From a virus (lineage: Duplodnaviria; Heunggongvirae; Uroviricota; Caudoviricetes): a stretch of DNA of 64,000 nucleotides. The notes beneath the pieces are model-generated. The model saw only the letters and a program-made list of their open reading frames with translations, was not told where the DNA came from and made no database searches. Position 1 is the first letter of the stretch. Each line of letters starts with the position of its first letter. Positions 43,920 to 53,864 of this stretch are shown one piece after another. Where the stretch lies: IMG/VR virus record IMGVR_UViG_3300005253_000053; one strand, given 5' to 3'. Position numbers and translations under genes: made by a program.

Positions 43920-44801
43920 CTATTCGTCGCCCAATCCGTTATCCGCTGGGTCCGGATCTGTAGCATCGGGTTCGAGGGCGGGACCTGGGTCGTCCCCGGG
44001 ATCGCTCTCGGGATCGGGGATGACTGGGATCGCTTCTTTCGTCGCGGATGGTTCCGTTTCTTTGTCTTCCCCTCCTGGTACATCATCTTTTTGAAGTCCA
44101 TCGTCGCTGTCTCCCAGGTCTAACGGCGGTGCGCTGCCCAAGTCCAGAGGCTGTACCTCGTGGGTCTCCGGCGGCTCGTCGCCGGGGTGCATGATCTGTG
44201 TGCCCTCCGGACCCTTGCGATCCGGAATGCCGTACTCGTTGGCCTCGGTCTCGTCCATCGGGTGGACCATATCGGTGAACCATTCCTGGATACGGCGCAT
44301 CATCTCAGGTGGCTCGACGGCCTCGAACTCCATTTCGAGGTCCATCATCTTCCGGTTCTTGCGGCCGTCTTTGCCTTCAGCCTGCGGCCCGAACTTCACG
44401 CGGATGGAAGCGCGCTCGACAGTCTTCATACCCTTGTCGTACTGATGCTTCTTGACGCTGGCGGCCTCCAGGCTGACAGACATGCGGACCTTGAGCCGCT
44501 TCAGTTGCAGTGTGGATGGCGGGACCAGAGCGATGAGCGGGATGTCGATGACGCGGCCCGACGGCATCCGGAGCCGCTTCTCGATGGGCTCACCGGACTC
44601 TTCATCGAAGTAGTGGTTGAGGACGTTTACGAAGTGCTGGCCGAGGATGTCCTGAGTGGACTGCGCAACGTGCTGCATGCCACGGGCGAGGTCCGCCAAC
44701 CCGTGTACACCGGGTGGGTTTTCCTCGCCCGCGTCGGCAGCGGCCTTGGAATCGCCGCCGCCATTGTCATCGTCTTTCTTACTCCAGGGCCACCAGGACA
44801 T
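43920..44801 (-). CDS. DUF2589-like protein with acidic Pro-rich tail
   Basis: LADLARGMQHV...IDIPLIALVPPSTLQLKRLKVRM. Confidence 0.65.
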   Translation of the reverse strand: MSWWPWSKKDDDNGGGDSKAAADAGEENPPGVHGLADLARGMQHVAQSTQDILGQHFVNVLNHYFDEESGEPIEKRLRMPSGRVIDIPLIALVPPSTLQLKRLKVRMSVSLEAASVKKHQYDKGMKTVERASIRVKFGPQAEGKDGRKNRKMMDLEMEFEAVEPPEMMRRIQEWFTDMVHPMDETEANEYGIPDRKGPEGTQIMHPGDEPPETHEVQPLDLGSAPPLDLGDSDDGLQKDDVPGGEDKETEPSATKEAIPVIPDPESDPGDDPGPALEPDATDPDPADNGLGDE

Positions 44802-44804
44802 AAG

Positions 44805-45410
44805 CTACTCGGTCACGCCGCCTCCGTCACCAACGGTCAGCTTCGGCGCTTTGTCTTTGTCGATGGGCTGGGTCACATCGCGGATGATCGCCTCGGTCAC
44901 GCGGGCCAGCGCTTCGGGCATCGGCTGCCGGTTGGCCTCGACATGGAAGCTGTACTTGGCGCGGGTGTCTGTCTTTCGAGTCTGCTCCCGGTGATGGCTG
45001 ATGCTGCCGGTCGCCTTCACGCCCCACGGTCCGAAGCCGTACTTGACGCCGACCTCCAGCTTGGAATCGGTTGCCGACTTGGTCTCTTCGACGTTGTTGA
45101 TATCGATCTCGAAGTCCACCTCCACCTTGTCGACGCCGAATGCAGGCATGGGCAGCACGGCGAACAGCGGCATGTCGATTACACGGTTGAGCGTCTTGCC
45201 CGTGGCCTCACCGTCGTCTGAACGCTCAGCCTGCTGGTAACCGAAGCGAACGATCCTCGCGTTGCCGTCCTCGTCCAGGCAGACCTTGTCGAAGAACGTG
45301 GCGAAGGCCGCGCATGCGACCTCGTGCGCCTCGATGGCGGCGACGATGGGCGTGGCCACCATCTTGTGGATAGGTAGCGCGTTGATCTGACCCGAGACGG
45401 GGTTGGCCAT
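44805..45410 (-). CDS. DUF2589-like protein
   Basis: ALPIHKMVATPIVAAIEA...IDMPLFAVLPMPAFGVDKVEVDF...GFGPWGVKATGSIS..REQTRKTDTRAKY. Confidence 0.75.
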   Translation of the reverse strand: MANPVSGQINALPIHKMVATPIVAAIEAHEVACAAFATFFDKVCLDEDGNARIVRFGYQQAERSDDGEATGKTLNRVIDMPLFAVLPMPAFGVDKVEVDFEIDINNVEETKSATDSKLEVGVKYGFGPWGVKATGSISHHREQTRKTDTRAKYSFHVEANRQPMPEALARVTEAIIRDVTQPIDKDKAPKLTVGDGGGVTE

Positions 45411-45443
45411 GTCATTCTCCTGGATGTGAGTTCAGACCTGTCT

Positions 45444-45962
45444 CTACGTAGCCGACATGGGATAGGCACCGGCCTGTTCCAAGTCGTCCACGTTCTTGAA
45501 CTGCATGAACTCGTGGTAACTTATGGTGGCTTCGTGGCGCTGCCCCAGGGCGTCGCCGCTGGAGTACGTGCGCAGTACGAAAGGATCGTCGGGTGTGCTC
45601 TCTGGAGGGTAGGTGTGTTCATAGAACCGTTGGAGCGGCTTGAGCAGACTGAAGATGGCGGAGGTGCGGCCCTCCACTCCGTTCAGATCCAGCATCCGGA
45701 CCCAACCATACAGGATAGCGTAGCGGACCCAGCCTTCGGTGGTCTTGAAATCGGCCGCGTTGAGCCCCAGCTTCTGCCACTGGGCCATGCTGACGTGCGG
45801 GCCGAGCAGGTCCGGGTCCACGTCCATGCGCATCGCGTAGCGGCTCCGGATCGTATCGCCATGGCTGGCAGGTGACTCGATGAAGTTGCCCTCGTCGCTC
45901 ATCCAGCCGTGCAGCGTTCCGCGCTGCTCCAGCAGATCCAGTACCGTGACCTGAACATCCAT
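45444..45962 (-). CDS. Short-leader protein (MDVQVTVLDLLEQ) with GWMSDEG..H..GWVRM domain
   Basis: Start trimmed from 45998. Confidence 0.7.
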   Translation of the reverse strand: MDVQVTVLDLLEQRGTLHGWMSDEGNFIESPASHGDTIRSRYAMRMDVDPDLLGPHVSMAQWQKLGLNAADFKTTEGWVRYAILYGWVRMLDLNGVEGRTSAIFSLLKPLQRFYEHTYPPESTPDDPFVLRTYSSGDALGQRHEATISYHEFMQFKNVDDLEQAGAYPMSAT

Positions 45963-45994
45963 GGCGCTAAGAGTACCGCAGGGTTGAGTTTGGA

Positions 45995-46333
45995 TCAATC
46001 ACTTTCGCCGCCGGGGAGTAGTCCGGCGTACGGTGGCTCGCTGCCCGGCTGATCCAGCCAAGCCTTCTCGACCTGCATCAGTGCAGCAATGTCAGCACTG
46101 TTCATCGTCCGCAGGTAGAAGGTGCCCACCCGGAAGACGTTGCCGTCCGGCGTGGCGAAGCGAACCTGCTTACCGTGGTAGCCCGCCTTGACTTCAGAGT
46201 CGCCGATGATCTCTACGATGCGGCCGGGCTGCTGGTCAAAGGGCTGTTGAGTCCCGTCAGGCATGGCCACGACGGAGGCAGGCAGGAAGACAGGTTGCTT
46301 ACAGTACGGCTCATCGATCATCTTCCGGAGCAT
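45995..46333 (-). CDS. Hypothetical, possible SH3-like barrel
   Basis: PGRIVEI...QVRFATPDG; GGACAGGA RBS. Confidence 0.55.
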   Translation of the reverse strand: MLRKMIDEPYCKQPVFLPASVVAMPDGTQQPFDQQPGRIVEIIGDSEVKAGYHGKQVRFATPDGNVFRVGTFYLRTMNSADIAALMQVEKAWLDQPGSEPPYAGLLPGGESD

Positions 46334-46504
46334 TGGGTGTCCTGTCCTTCACTGTCCATCCGTTCTCGCGGAGGATCTCAAGTAATTGGGTTCGGACTGG
46401 GATCTCGGGAAGGCGGGTAGTCTTGGTGGCCTCCTACCACAGAGTCTCAGCGCCGTGGCCTATCGTGATGGTCAGTTGCAGAATGACTGGGTAGGCCTGG
46501 AAAG

Positions 46505-46846
46505 TCACAGCGTGCCGTCCCGAGCTTTCTGCGCCCACTTCAGAGCCTTCCGGAGCATGTCCTTCTGGTCATTGTCCCAGTGCGCGTAGTCGATCTCTTT
46601 GCACAGGGCCTGGATCAGCTTGTCAATCGGCGAGAACTGCTCGTCGTCCATGATCAGGGCCACGACCGAGACGCCCAAGGCCTCGGCAATCTTCGACAAG
46701 GTGGCGCTGCGGAAACCCTGCTTGCCGTTCTCCAGGCGGGAGATCTGGGCCTGACTGATGTCCACCTTTCTGGCAAGGTCAGTCGTGGACAGATGTTGTC
46801 GCATCCGGAGGCTGGAAACGCGTCTACCGATGACTTCGTTGTTCAT
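46505..46846 (-). CDS. XRE-family HTH transcriptional regulator
   Basis: IGRRVSSLRMRQHLSTTDLARKVDISQAQISRLENGKQGFRSATLSKIAEALGVSV. Confidence 0.9.
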   Translation of the reverse strand: MNNEVIGRRVSSLRMRQHLSTTDLARKVDISQAQISRLENGKQGFRSATLSKIAEALGVSVVALIMDDEQFSPIDKLIQALCKEIDYAHWDNDQKDMLRKALKWAQKARDGTL

Positions 46847-47088
46847 CAGAGATTGATCCCGGCGTGCATCGGCGTGAGATCCACGCCACACCAGGGGCAG
46901 AAGTTGAACATGGTGCCCTGATCGCTCGCTTTCTGCTTGTAGTACGGGCCTCGAAGCTGCTGCTGGCCGGTCTTCACGTCGGTGAGCATGAGCACGGCAA
47001 GACCTTTCGTGCGCGGAGTGGCCTCGCCCAGGTTCCGTTCCATTGACGGGCACCAGCCGCCGCCTTTGGGATCGCACTTGTCTGCCAT
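46846..47088 (-). CDS. Small Zn-finger protein (FNFCPWCG)
   Basis: First ORF after motif copy 11. Confidence 0.65.
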   Translation of the reverse strand: MADKCDPKGGGWCPSMERNLGEATPRTKGLAVLMLTDVKTGQQQLRGPYYKQKASDQGTMFNFCPWCGVDLTPMHAGINL

Positions 47089-47117
47089 AGGGGGGTCTCC
47101 GGAGGTCCCATTAGTTA

Positions 47118-47139
47118 TATCGGATTGGGGAGGCTATTC
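47118..47139 (-). promoter_or_regulatory. Promoter-like motif copy 11 (GAATAGCCTCCCCAATCCGATA)
   Basis: Consensus match. Confidence 0.75.
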
Positions 47140-47266
47140 CCCCAAGTAAATTCTTGAGAGGGCAGGCAATCGCCCACGGTGATATGTTGGGGGGACCGTG
47201 TAGCCAGTGTGAGGGGAGACCGAACTGACGTATACGTTCCCTAACTTCGGCAGGATGATGGCTATC

Positions 47267-47809
47267 TCATGGCTCCATCTGCACGTTATGGTTGGCCTGA
47301 ACCTGACGGACCGTGTCGGGTATGCCTGCGTTCAGCACCATGGCGTTGAGTGGGGTCAGGATCAGGCTGCTGTCGGAGTCCAGCCGGACCTCAAACGTGT
47401 CGGGCTTGCCCACGGCCTCGGGGGTCTTGGTGATCCGCCCCGTCGTACGCTGCGCTGGGTCGTGTACGCGCACGTGTACAGGATCGTCGAAGAAGTACCT
47501 GATGCCCTCCGGATTTACGTTACGCAGCCGGAAGTCGTTGATCGTGCGGATGCTCTCAGTCCCGTCCTGGAGGAACAGCTTGACACTGCTCGCGCTCGGG
47601 ACTTCGAGAACAAGGGCGTGGATGAAGCTACGCTGTCCGAGCAGTGGATCGTTCAAGTGGACGATGACCTGATCGCCCGTGTTGAACGGCGCTATCTGCC
47701 AGGGCGGACCCAGGCCGTCGGCAGGCTGTATGATCCGCGTCTCCAGCAGCGAGCGGATGCGCGGCGCTGGTGCGGAATCAGTAGGGAAGCGTGGGTTGGT
47801 CTCGGCCAT
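47267..47809 (-). CDS. Tandem SH3/Tudor-like barrel protein (family member 1)
   Basis: GDQVIVH...VKLFLQDG; IPDTVRQVQANHNV. Confidence 0.6.
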   Translation of the reverse strand: MAETNPRFPTDSAPAPRIRSLLETRIIQPADGLGPPWQIAPFNTGDQVIVHLNDPLLGQRSFIHALVLEVPSASSVKLFLQDGTESIRTINDFRLRNVNPEGIRYFFDDPVHVRVHDPAQRTTGRITKTPEAVGKPDTFEVRLDSDSSLILTPLNAMVLNAGIPDTVRQVQANHNVQMEP

Positions 47810-48339
47810 CAGACGTTCCACCGGGATTGGACCTGCGGCACTGCGGCCGGGATACTGTCGAGGATCAGTATATCCTGCGTCGAGAAAGCCTGGGAAGTGC
47901 CGCTGTCCAGCAGCACCTGGAAGGTTCCGTCTGCGTTCTCGGCCGTGATCGTTCCAGGCTCCCGGCCTCCGGCACTGCGCGCATGCGCGGTCACCCGGTC
48001 GTCCTTGGCGTACGGGAAGCTGATCGGGCGCAGCTTCGAGTTGCCTGCGCCGATGGAGATCTCGCTGAGGTCCTGCCGTAGGAGCCTGACGTACTGAAAG
48101 TTCCCCTCCTTGAACACGCCAAGCACCAGGGCGTAGATCGACCCGTTGCGGATCGGGTCGATGTTATGCGTTGCCTGTCGAGGCGGCACGTCGAACGGAG
48201 GACTCGGGTAGAGGATTACCTGCTGCCCCGAGAACGGTTTGACCAGTCCCTGGTGACTGCCTGGGAATGGCACGAACAGGTGCTGGCTGGCTCTCTGGCC
48301 AGGACGAAAGCTCGCCGTGAATCGCGGTGTGTCGGCCAT
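47809..48339 (-). CDS. Tandem SH3/Tudor-like barrel protein (family member 2)
   Basis: GQQVILY...VRLLRQD; FQVLLDSG; IPAAVPQVQSRWNV. Confidence 0.6.
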   Translation of the reverse strand: MADTPRFTASFRPGQRASQHLFVPFPGSHQGLVKPFSGQQVILYPSPPFDVPPRQATHNIDPIRNGSIYALVLGVFKEGNFQYVRLLRQDLSEISIGAGNSKLRPISFPYAKDDRVTAHARSAGGREPGTITAENADGTFQVLLDSGTSQAFSTQDILILDSIPAAVPQVQSRWNV

Positions 48340-48351
48340 CGCAGCACGTTC

Positions 48352-48786
48352 TTACTTGAGAGCTAAAAACTGGGCAACGGTCAAGGCTCCAATGTCCAGG
48401 GATGTAGCGGAAGAGGAGGCAGCGGTAACAACCTGGGTAAACGCCGTCGGCTCTATCGCGCTGATGGGAGCCCCCACGTCATCTACTGCTACCAAGTTGC
48501 CTCCGGATACGAGGCACTGAATGAACGTAGGCCCACCGCGTGCCGCGAAGGCGAGTTTTGCGTTCAGTAGGGTAGCCGTGATACCGACAGCGATACTCCC
48601 ACCCAACGATTCTTTACCCGCTGACCTGATCAGGCGGTCATACTGCATCCCGTTGTGGGGATCGTCCTCGATATTTGTCAGTGTATCGTGTAAGTCTTGG
48701 ACAGAGATCTCTACGAGTGGGACGGGTACTGTAATGATCCGGGGAGACAGGGTGAAATCGACTGTGATTCCGTTGACCTGGGCCAC
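48352..48786 (-). CDS. Putative virion structural protein
   Basis: TVDF..RIITV...SVQDLHDTL resembles the N-terminus of 49020..51527; Gly/Ala/Thr-rich. Confidence 0.55.
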   Translation of the reverse strand: MAQVNGITVDFTLSPRIITVPVPLVEISVQDLHDTLTNIEDDPHNGMQYDRLIRSAGKESLGGSIAVGITATLLNAKLAFAARGGPTFIQCLVSGGNLVAVDDVGAPISAIEPTAFTQVVTAASSSATSLDIGALTVAQFLALK

Positions 48787-48789
48787 GTT

Positions 48790-48990
48790 CTACTCCCCCG
48801 CGCGCTCACTGCGGAGAGTGTTCAACACCTTCTCCATGGCGCGCGCTTTCTTTCTTTCCGTCTGGGCGCTTTCTTCCAAGACACTCGCGTTCTTGTAGTG
48901 CTGGACGATCTGCTTTTCCAGCGCTTCGAGTGAGTATTCCGGTTCCATGCGGGACTTTTTGGTTTCTGTCACCTCGAACCTGATCCCCAT
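48790..48990 (-). CDS. Small coiled-coil protein (MGIRFEVTE...)
   Basis: Start trimmed; GGGA upstream. Confidence 0.55.
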   Translation of the reverse strand: MGIRFEVTETKKSRMEPEYSLEALEKQIVQHYKNASVLEESAQTERKKARAMEKVLNTLRSERAGE

Positions 48991-49019
48991 CCCTGGCTCC
49001 CGTCTTCCCCTTCTCCTCA

Positions 49020-51527
49020 TCAACTTGCGATGTTGTCATCCACTCGGATGGCTGTGATGGTCAGATCGGAGTTGGTAAGCTGTCGGCCAAGAAGCTCGAA
49101 CGGCTGGATGCGCTGGCCTCCGACATCCGGATCGGAGAAGCGTGCCCGGGCAACGATCTCCGTTGTCGTGTCGAACTTGATCGACTTGGTAAGAGAGGTT
49201 CCCGTCTCCACCGTATCATCGATGAAGGGGAAGTACGCGGTGTCGGCCGCGTCGATGAGGAACTGGACCGTGTTGATCTCATAGGCGTCGGAAGTCGCCC
49301 AATCGTTCGACGTTCCACCTGTAAGCGGAGTGGTCTCAATGTTGTCGTCGTCAATACGCCTCAGGATGATTGCTTCTGAACTGTCTGTTACGTTGCGGAC
49401 CGTATGACCAACTTTGGCCTGCCCATCTTGACCAAAGTTCAAGCCCACGTTTATGTCGCTGAGGATCGTCGCCGAACCGCCAGCATCGCAAACGTCGTCG
49501 CCGGGCGATACAACGCGCAGGTTGACATTGACGCCCGCACCTGAGATGGAAGAGTACTCATACCGCTCCTCCTTACCCGGCGTACCTGTGTCGACCGCAC
49601 GAATCCAGCCAGTCGCCGGAACGTCCTGAGCCGCTGCGGCGTCAAGCACGATCAGCGAGGACCCCACTGCCCCAGAGGCCAACCCAACGACCCCCTTCAC
49701 GACATCCGTATCACCTGCCGTAGCAACCTCAAAGATGGTTGCGCGGTCGTTCACCACCAAGCCGTCGAACGTAACTGTGATGGTTGTCGGCGGCTGCTTG
49801 GCCGTGCCTGTGACGTCGATAGTCTGCCAGTTGTTGTTGTCCGCTGCCGGGACGTTGTCAAGAACGACGCCGCGAGCCACGAAGAAACGGCCACCGGCAA
49901 AGGTCCCGAACGAAGCAGCGTTCACATCGACCAGGGATTCCTGAGCGGCAGACGCCGTGACTGATCCGGCACCCTCGTCCGTAATGACGTCGTTGTTGAC
50001 GAACGAACCCTTGACGTTGGTGACGATCACGTAACCCGTGCCACTGAAGAAGTAAGCAACCAACTCACCCGTCGCTCCGGATATCGATCCGGTAACGGTT
50101 TCTCCTTCTGTGAGGGCCGTCCCCTCCGCGTCGAGCGGGATGTAAGCATCGCCTACGCCTCGATAGAACTCACCATCCTCGAATCCTGCGCCGGGCTCCG
50201 GAAGGATACTCGTTGCCGAACCTCGACGTGCCAAGAACATTAGATGCTCATACACAACTGAGAGAGCAAGGCTGTTGCAGTCGACCACGACAGCGTAGTT
50301 CTCGGGATTTCCGTCCTCGTCGATATCGAACGTGTTGTCGTCCCCTACGGTTACTGTGATACCTCCAGCAACCGCACCATTGATCGCAGTCGGTGGATTT
50401 CCATCCTTGGTCGCCGTCTGCCCGGAGGACTCGCCCGTGATAAGCTCAGCCGAACTAGCGAACTCGGTCAGGTTCTTACCGACCAGGATGTAATTGAGCG
50501 AGGTGTCGGTCACAAAGGCAGTCAGGATTGCCTTCGCACCACTCGGTGCCGTCAGGACTTCGCCAATCGTGAACGCACCTGAGAAGGAACCCGGGATCAG
50601 GACCTGACCGAAGCCATTCTGGTTGAGGTCGAAGCCCGTTGACGCGAACGGCACAACGAAGTTTCCGACAGCGCCGTTCGTCTCGAAGTGGGTGTAAATC
50701 GTACGGCCCTGACGAGCGAAGATCGCCAGCCTGCCCTGACTGGTCAGGTTCAGGTCATCGATCCACACCCCTGCGTCCCGCGTCTTGACCAGGATGTCGA
50801 AGTGTCCGGCAGAGACACCGTTGGGCGAGGCCGTGAAGTCGGAGTCACTGTCCCACCAGCTTGCCAACTTGGTAAGTATCGGGGTGGTGCCGCCACCTTG
50901 CCACTCGTTCTCCTGCCCGACGTAGATTTCGGTATCGTCCTGGATCGTGCCAACGGAGAACAAGTTGGGCCAGACACTGTCGCCAGACCGGACGCCCTGC
51001 TGCGCGCCAGAGTCAGCTTCGATGACGAAGTCTACAGTAGCACCGCCGTCTTCGACGACATTGTCACCGGCCACGAATTGGGTGGCATCGGTATTCCGCA
51101 CCCACACAACCCGGCGCACAGTGTCCACAGCCAGGATTGTGCCCTTCTTCGTGGTTGCGCCAACGATGAGGTCCTTACCAATGTCGCCTGCGACCGGGGG
51201 ATCAGCAGATCCGCTGGTCCACCAAAGCTGCGTGATGCCCTCAGACGCAGCGAAGGCCCAGGCTGACGTCTGAAGGGACCCACCGTAGAGGGCCTTCATC
51301 GTCTCGTCATCCATGAACCACTTGTTGATAATGGTGTACTGGGTTGGCGTCTGGGCGGACATCGGGACCGGGTCATCCATCTGGCCCGGCTCGTCGAAGG
51401 TGTCCTGGAGGAATGAGTACAGGGCGTTGACCGTGTAGATCGAATCAGCGATACCGTCGGTGAATCCTCCCGTGTACGTGATCTTGCGATCCACGTAGTC
51501 GATGGTGACGTCGTCAGCAATTGCCAT
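49020..51527 (-). CDS. Large beta-rich virion (tail/baseplate-associated) protein, 835 aa
   Basis: G/T/D/V-rich; repeated F/L..GE..TG..SGA.A/G motifs; in structural cluster. Confidence 0.65.
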   Translation of the reverse strand: MAIADDVTIDYVDRKITYTGGFTDGIADSIYTVNALYSFLQDTFDEPGQMDDPVPMSAQTPTQYTIINKWFMDDETMKALYGGSLQTSAWAFAASEGITQLWWTSGSADPPVAGDIGKDLIVGATTKKGTILAVDTVRRVVWVRNTDATQFVAGDNVVEDGGATVDFVIEADSGAQQGVRSGDSVWPNLFSVGTIQDDTEIYVGQENEWQGGGTTPILTKLASWWDSDSDFTASPNGVSAGHFDILVKTRDAGVWIDDLNLTSQGRLAIFARQGRTIYTHFETNGAVGNFVVPFASTGFDLNQNGFGQVLIPGSFSGAFTIGEVLTAPSGAKAILTAFVTDTSLNYILVGKNLTEFASSAELITGESSGQTATKDGNPPTAINGAVAGGITVTVGDDNTFDIDEDGNPENYAVVVDCNSLALSVVYEHLMFLARRGSATSILPEPGAGFEDGEFYRGVGDAYIPLDAEGTALTEGETVTGSISGATGELVAYFFSGTGYVIVTNVKGSFVNNDVITDEGAGSVTASAAQESLVDVNAASFGTFAGGRFFVARGVVLDNVPAADNNNWQTIDVTGTAKQPPTTITVTFDGLVVNDRATIFEVATAGDTDVVKGVVGLASGAVGSSLIVLDAAAAQDVPATGWIRAVDTGTPGKEERYEYSSISGAGVNVNLRVVSPGDDVCDAGGSATILSDINVGLNFGQDGQAKVGHTVRNVTDSSEAIILRRIDDDNIETTPLTGGTSNDWATSDAYEINTVQFLIDAADTAYFPFIDDTVETGTSLTKSIKFDTTTEIVARARFSDPDVGGQRIQPFELLGRQLTNSDLTITAIRVDDNIAS

Positions 51528-51539
51528 GGGTCCGGCTCC

Positions 51540-53279
51540 CTACGAGGCGTTTTCAGTATCTTCGGTCATCGTGACCACAATGTCCAATCCGGTGTCCTGG
51601 ATTAGCTGGGGAGTATTAACCGGCTCATACTTGGTAGACCCTGTGCTCCCCTTCCTGACTCGTACAGACACATTCACGTCCGATCCAGGGTACTCGAAGG
51701 CCTGCTCGGCGACTCCCCCAGCGATAGTGTCCTCGTTCATCAGTTCGACGTCGGAGTCGTCGTAGATTGCAGTCTGAGCGCCCACAATGCCAACTCCAGC
51801 CACATCCTTGACAGTAACCTTCAGTGTCACTGTGTTTACGACTGTGACTGTGCCACTAGCCGTGTTGTTGAACTCAGCTTGTACAGGATTTGACCCCGAA
51901 CCAGCAACTGAGTTGATTGTGACATCTGCGTTGGTTCCGGTGTTTTCCCCGTGGCGTATAGTACTGGATGCGTAACTACCAAAAAAGATGATACCGTCAA
52001 AGGATGTCGAGTAGTCCGCCGACTGCGTGAGATGGATCATATTCTGCGTGGTTGGCGTCCCTGACGTGATAAAGCTGAGGTTCTTCAGATTGTGCGTCGT
52101 GTTCGGCCATTGAAGTGCGTAGTTGCTCCCCGTACTGGATGGGTCGATGAACGCGCAGTTCAGAATCTCCGCCCCGCTGTTCGTGCTTCCCGGCGTAACC
52201 TCGCCACAGTTGATGAAAGTGCAGGAGATCACTGACGTCTTATTGCCGTCGTCGAGGGATATACCTCCGGCCGCACCAACAATCGCCAAGCCGTATAAGT
52301 CTACCGAGGACAGGTCAGCGATATCGGTAGCGAGGTCTAAGTCCCATGTCGGTCCCGCTGTCTGAATCGTTCCGCCCTGAACGCCCTGCCGATCATCTCC
52401 AGTACCGACCACGTTCCCGAAGGTGACCGAGGTATTCTGGGTCGCCGCTCCTTCTGCCGAGATAGCATAAAGAGTCGCCGCGTCGATCCGGGAAACATTA
52501 CCTGACCCAGCATCGTATGTCGGGTCCTCAAACTCGACGACAGCGCCCGTGTCGTCGTCGAACGTCACGGTCCCTGATTGCGCTGCGTCACCAATCGTAA
52601 TGCCTCCGCGCAGGTAGAAGATCGAACCCCGCTTATCGATGATCCCGTACTTGTTCGCCAAAAGGTCATCTTCGTCGAAGTAGTCCTGCCAACCTATGTT
52701 GACGTCGCCAACTGCGTCATTACTGGCTTGCAGTGCAGCCTGTCCATAGTCACACCGGTCCACGAACAAGTTATCCAATCGGGCCGTGCCATTCGATTTG
52801 ATCCCAAACCCAATCCACCGGACAGAAGTCATCGTAGCTGCGGTCGCTGCGTCCTCGGAACTCGCCTTGGACATGTCCTGAACGATACGTTCCCACTTGC
52901 CCTGCAACGTATCGCTTCCCTCCACATACCATTTGGACCAGTCATCTCCCGCAGCGTCTGAGGCAGCGATTACGTAGAGACCCCCATTGGCCTTTGTGCT
53001 CAGGAGCGCAATGACTGTCGCATTCACCCAGCCCCAGAAGTGTTTGTTTGCAGTGGTTGTGAAGTCGACTTCACTCCCTGACCCGAAGTCAAACCACATT
53101 CCTTCATCGCGGTTGGCACCTGATACCTTGATCGCCAGACAACCTGTGTTTTGGATCTTAATGTCAGTATCTACGGCAGGAGATGGATTACCACCACCGT
53201 TGTGTCGGAAGCCAGACCATCCCGTTGTTGCATCGGCAGCAGAGATGAGCGTTAAGCCCGTGGTAAATGCAAGTGCCAT
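51540..53279 (-). CDS. Putative tail fibre/spike or structural protein, 579 aa
   Basis: Beta-rich; C-terminal TLKVTVKD..G..I.GA...IY; lower GC. Confidence 0.6.
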   Translation of the reverse strand: MALAFTTGLTLISAADATTGWSGFRHNGGGNPSPAVDTDIKIQNTGCLAIKVSGANRDEGMWFDFGSGSEVDFTTTANKHFWGWVNATVIALLSTKANGGLYVIAASDAAGDDWSKWYVEGSDTLQGKWERIVQDMSKASSEDAATAATMTSVRWIGFGIKSNGTARLDNLFVDRCDYGQAALQASNDAVGDVNIGWQDYFDEDDLLANKYGIIDKRGSIFYLRGGITIGDAAQSGTVTFDDDTGAVVEFEDPTYDAGSGNVSRIDAATLYAISAEGAATQNTSVTFGNVVGTGDDRQGVQGGTIQTAGPTWDLDLATDIADLSSVDLYGLAIVGAAGGISLDDGNKTSVISCTFINCGEVTPGSTNSGAEILNCAFIDPSSTGSNYALQWPNTTHNLKNLSFITSGTPTTQNMIHLTQSADYSTSFDGIIFFGSYASSTIRHGENTGTNADVTINSVAGSGSNPVQAEFNNTASGTVTVVNTVTLKVTVKDVAGVGIVGAQTAIYDDSDVELMNEDTIAGGVAEQAFEYPGSDVNVSVRVRKGSTGSTKYEPVNTPQLIQDTGLDIVVTMTEDTENAS

Positions 53280-53292
53280 AGTCTACCCCAAC

Positions 53293-53526
53293 CTACGAGT
53301 AGGTCAGCCCCACTCGGTCATCCCAGACTTTGTCAAACTCATCGGTCCCACCGGCCCACTCTATAGAGGTTATAGTTCCAGAGACAGTAATGCGTTGGAT
53401 TTGCCACACACCTGCCGCTTCACCAGACCCCGGTTCAGCTTTACCGATGTACGACGTATTGGAATCAACTTGGTCAATGCGAACGGCATACGGCGTACTG
53501 GATAGGTCAAGAGGAAAAACTGGCAT
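53293..53526 (-). CDS. Small virion-associated protein
   Basis: YIGKAEPG...VWQIQRI...WAGG...F..VWDDR..LTY pattern seen in phage tail regions. Confidence 0.6.
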   Translation of the reverse strand: MPVFPLDLSSTPYAVRIDQVDSNTSYIGKAEPGSGEAAGVWQIQRITVSGTITSIEWAGGTDEFDKVWDDRVGLTYS

Positions 53527-53864
53527 TATGGAGTAACCTCCGCGCCATGAAATGTGAAACTGGCCCCCTGTGCCGTATCAACCTGGACTCCAAGGTTCCC
53601 ACTAAGATTGTTCATCGGCCACCAGACTTCACGTTCAAACGTCTGGCCCTTGCTAAGCTCTGCCTCGAAGTACAACGCTGTATTCTCATCGAATACGGCC
53701 CCATCGTCATCCAAAAAGATGCTAAAAGCTATCTTAGCCCCGTTGACATTGCAGACACTAACTGACTTGATGATGCCAGTCACACCGGCTGCCGGACTAT
53801 AGGCAGACACAGCCGTGATTCCTGCTGGCCGAACTTGGGCTATCTGTTTCTCTTGGAACGTCAT
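53526..53864 (-). CDS. Small beta-sandwich virion-associated protein
   Basis: IIKSVSVCNV...FSIFL; TAATG coupling. Confidence 0.55.
   Translation of the reverse strand: MTFQEKQIAQVRPAGITAVSAYSPAAGVTGIIKSVSVCNVNGAKIAFSIFLDDDGAVFDENTALYFEAELSKGQTFEREVWWPMNNLSGNLGVQVDTAQGASFTFHGAEVTP

Noticed and set aside
46310-46508. Stop-codon (TAG) recoding suggested by a frame interrupted by one TAG
   Set aside because: Many genes end in TAG immediately followed by the next start (e.g. 6408/6409, 22438), and long genes read cleanly in code 11; one case is not enough.
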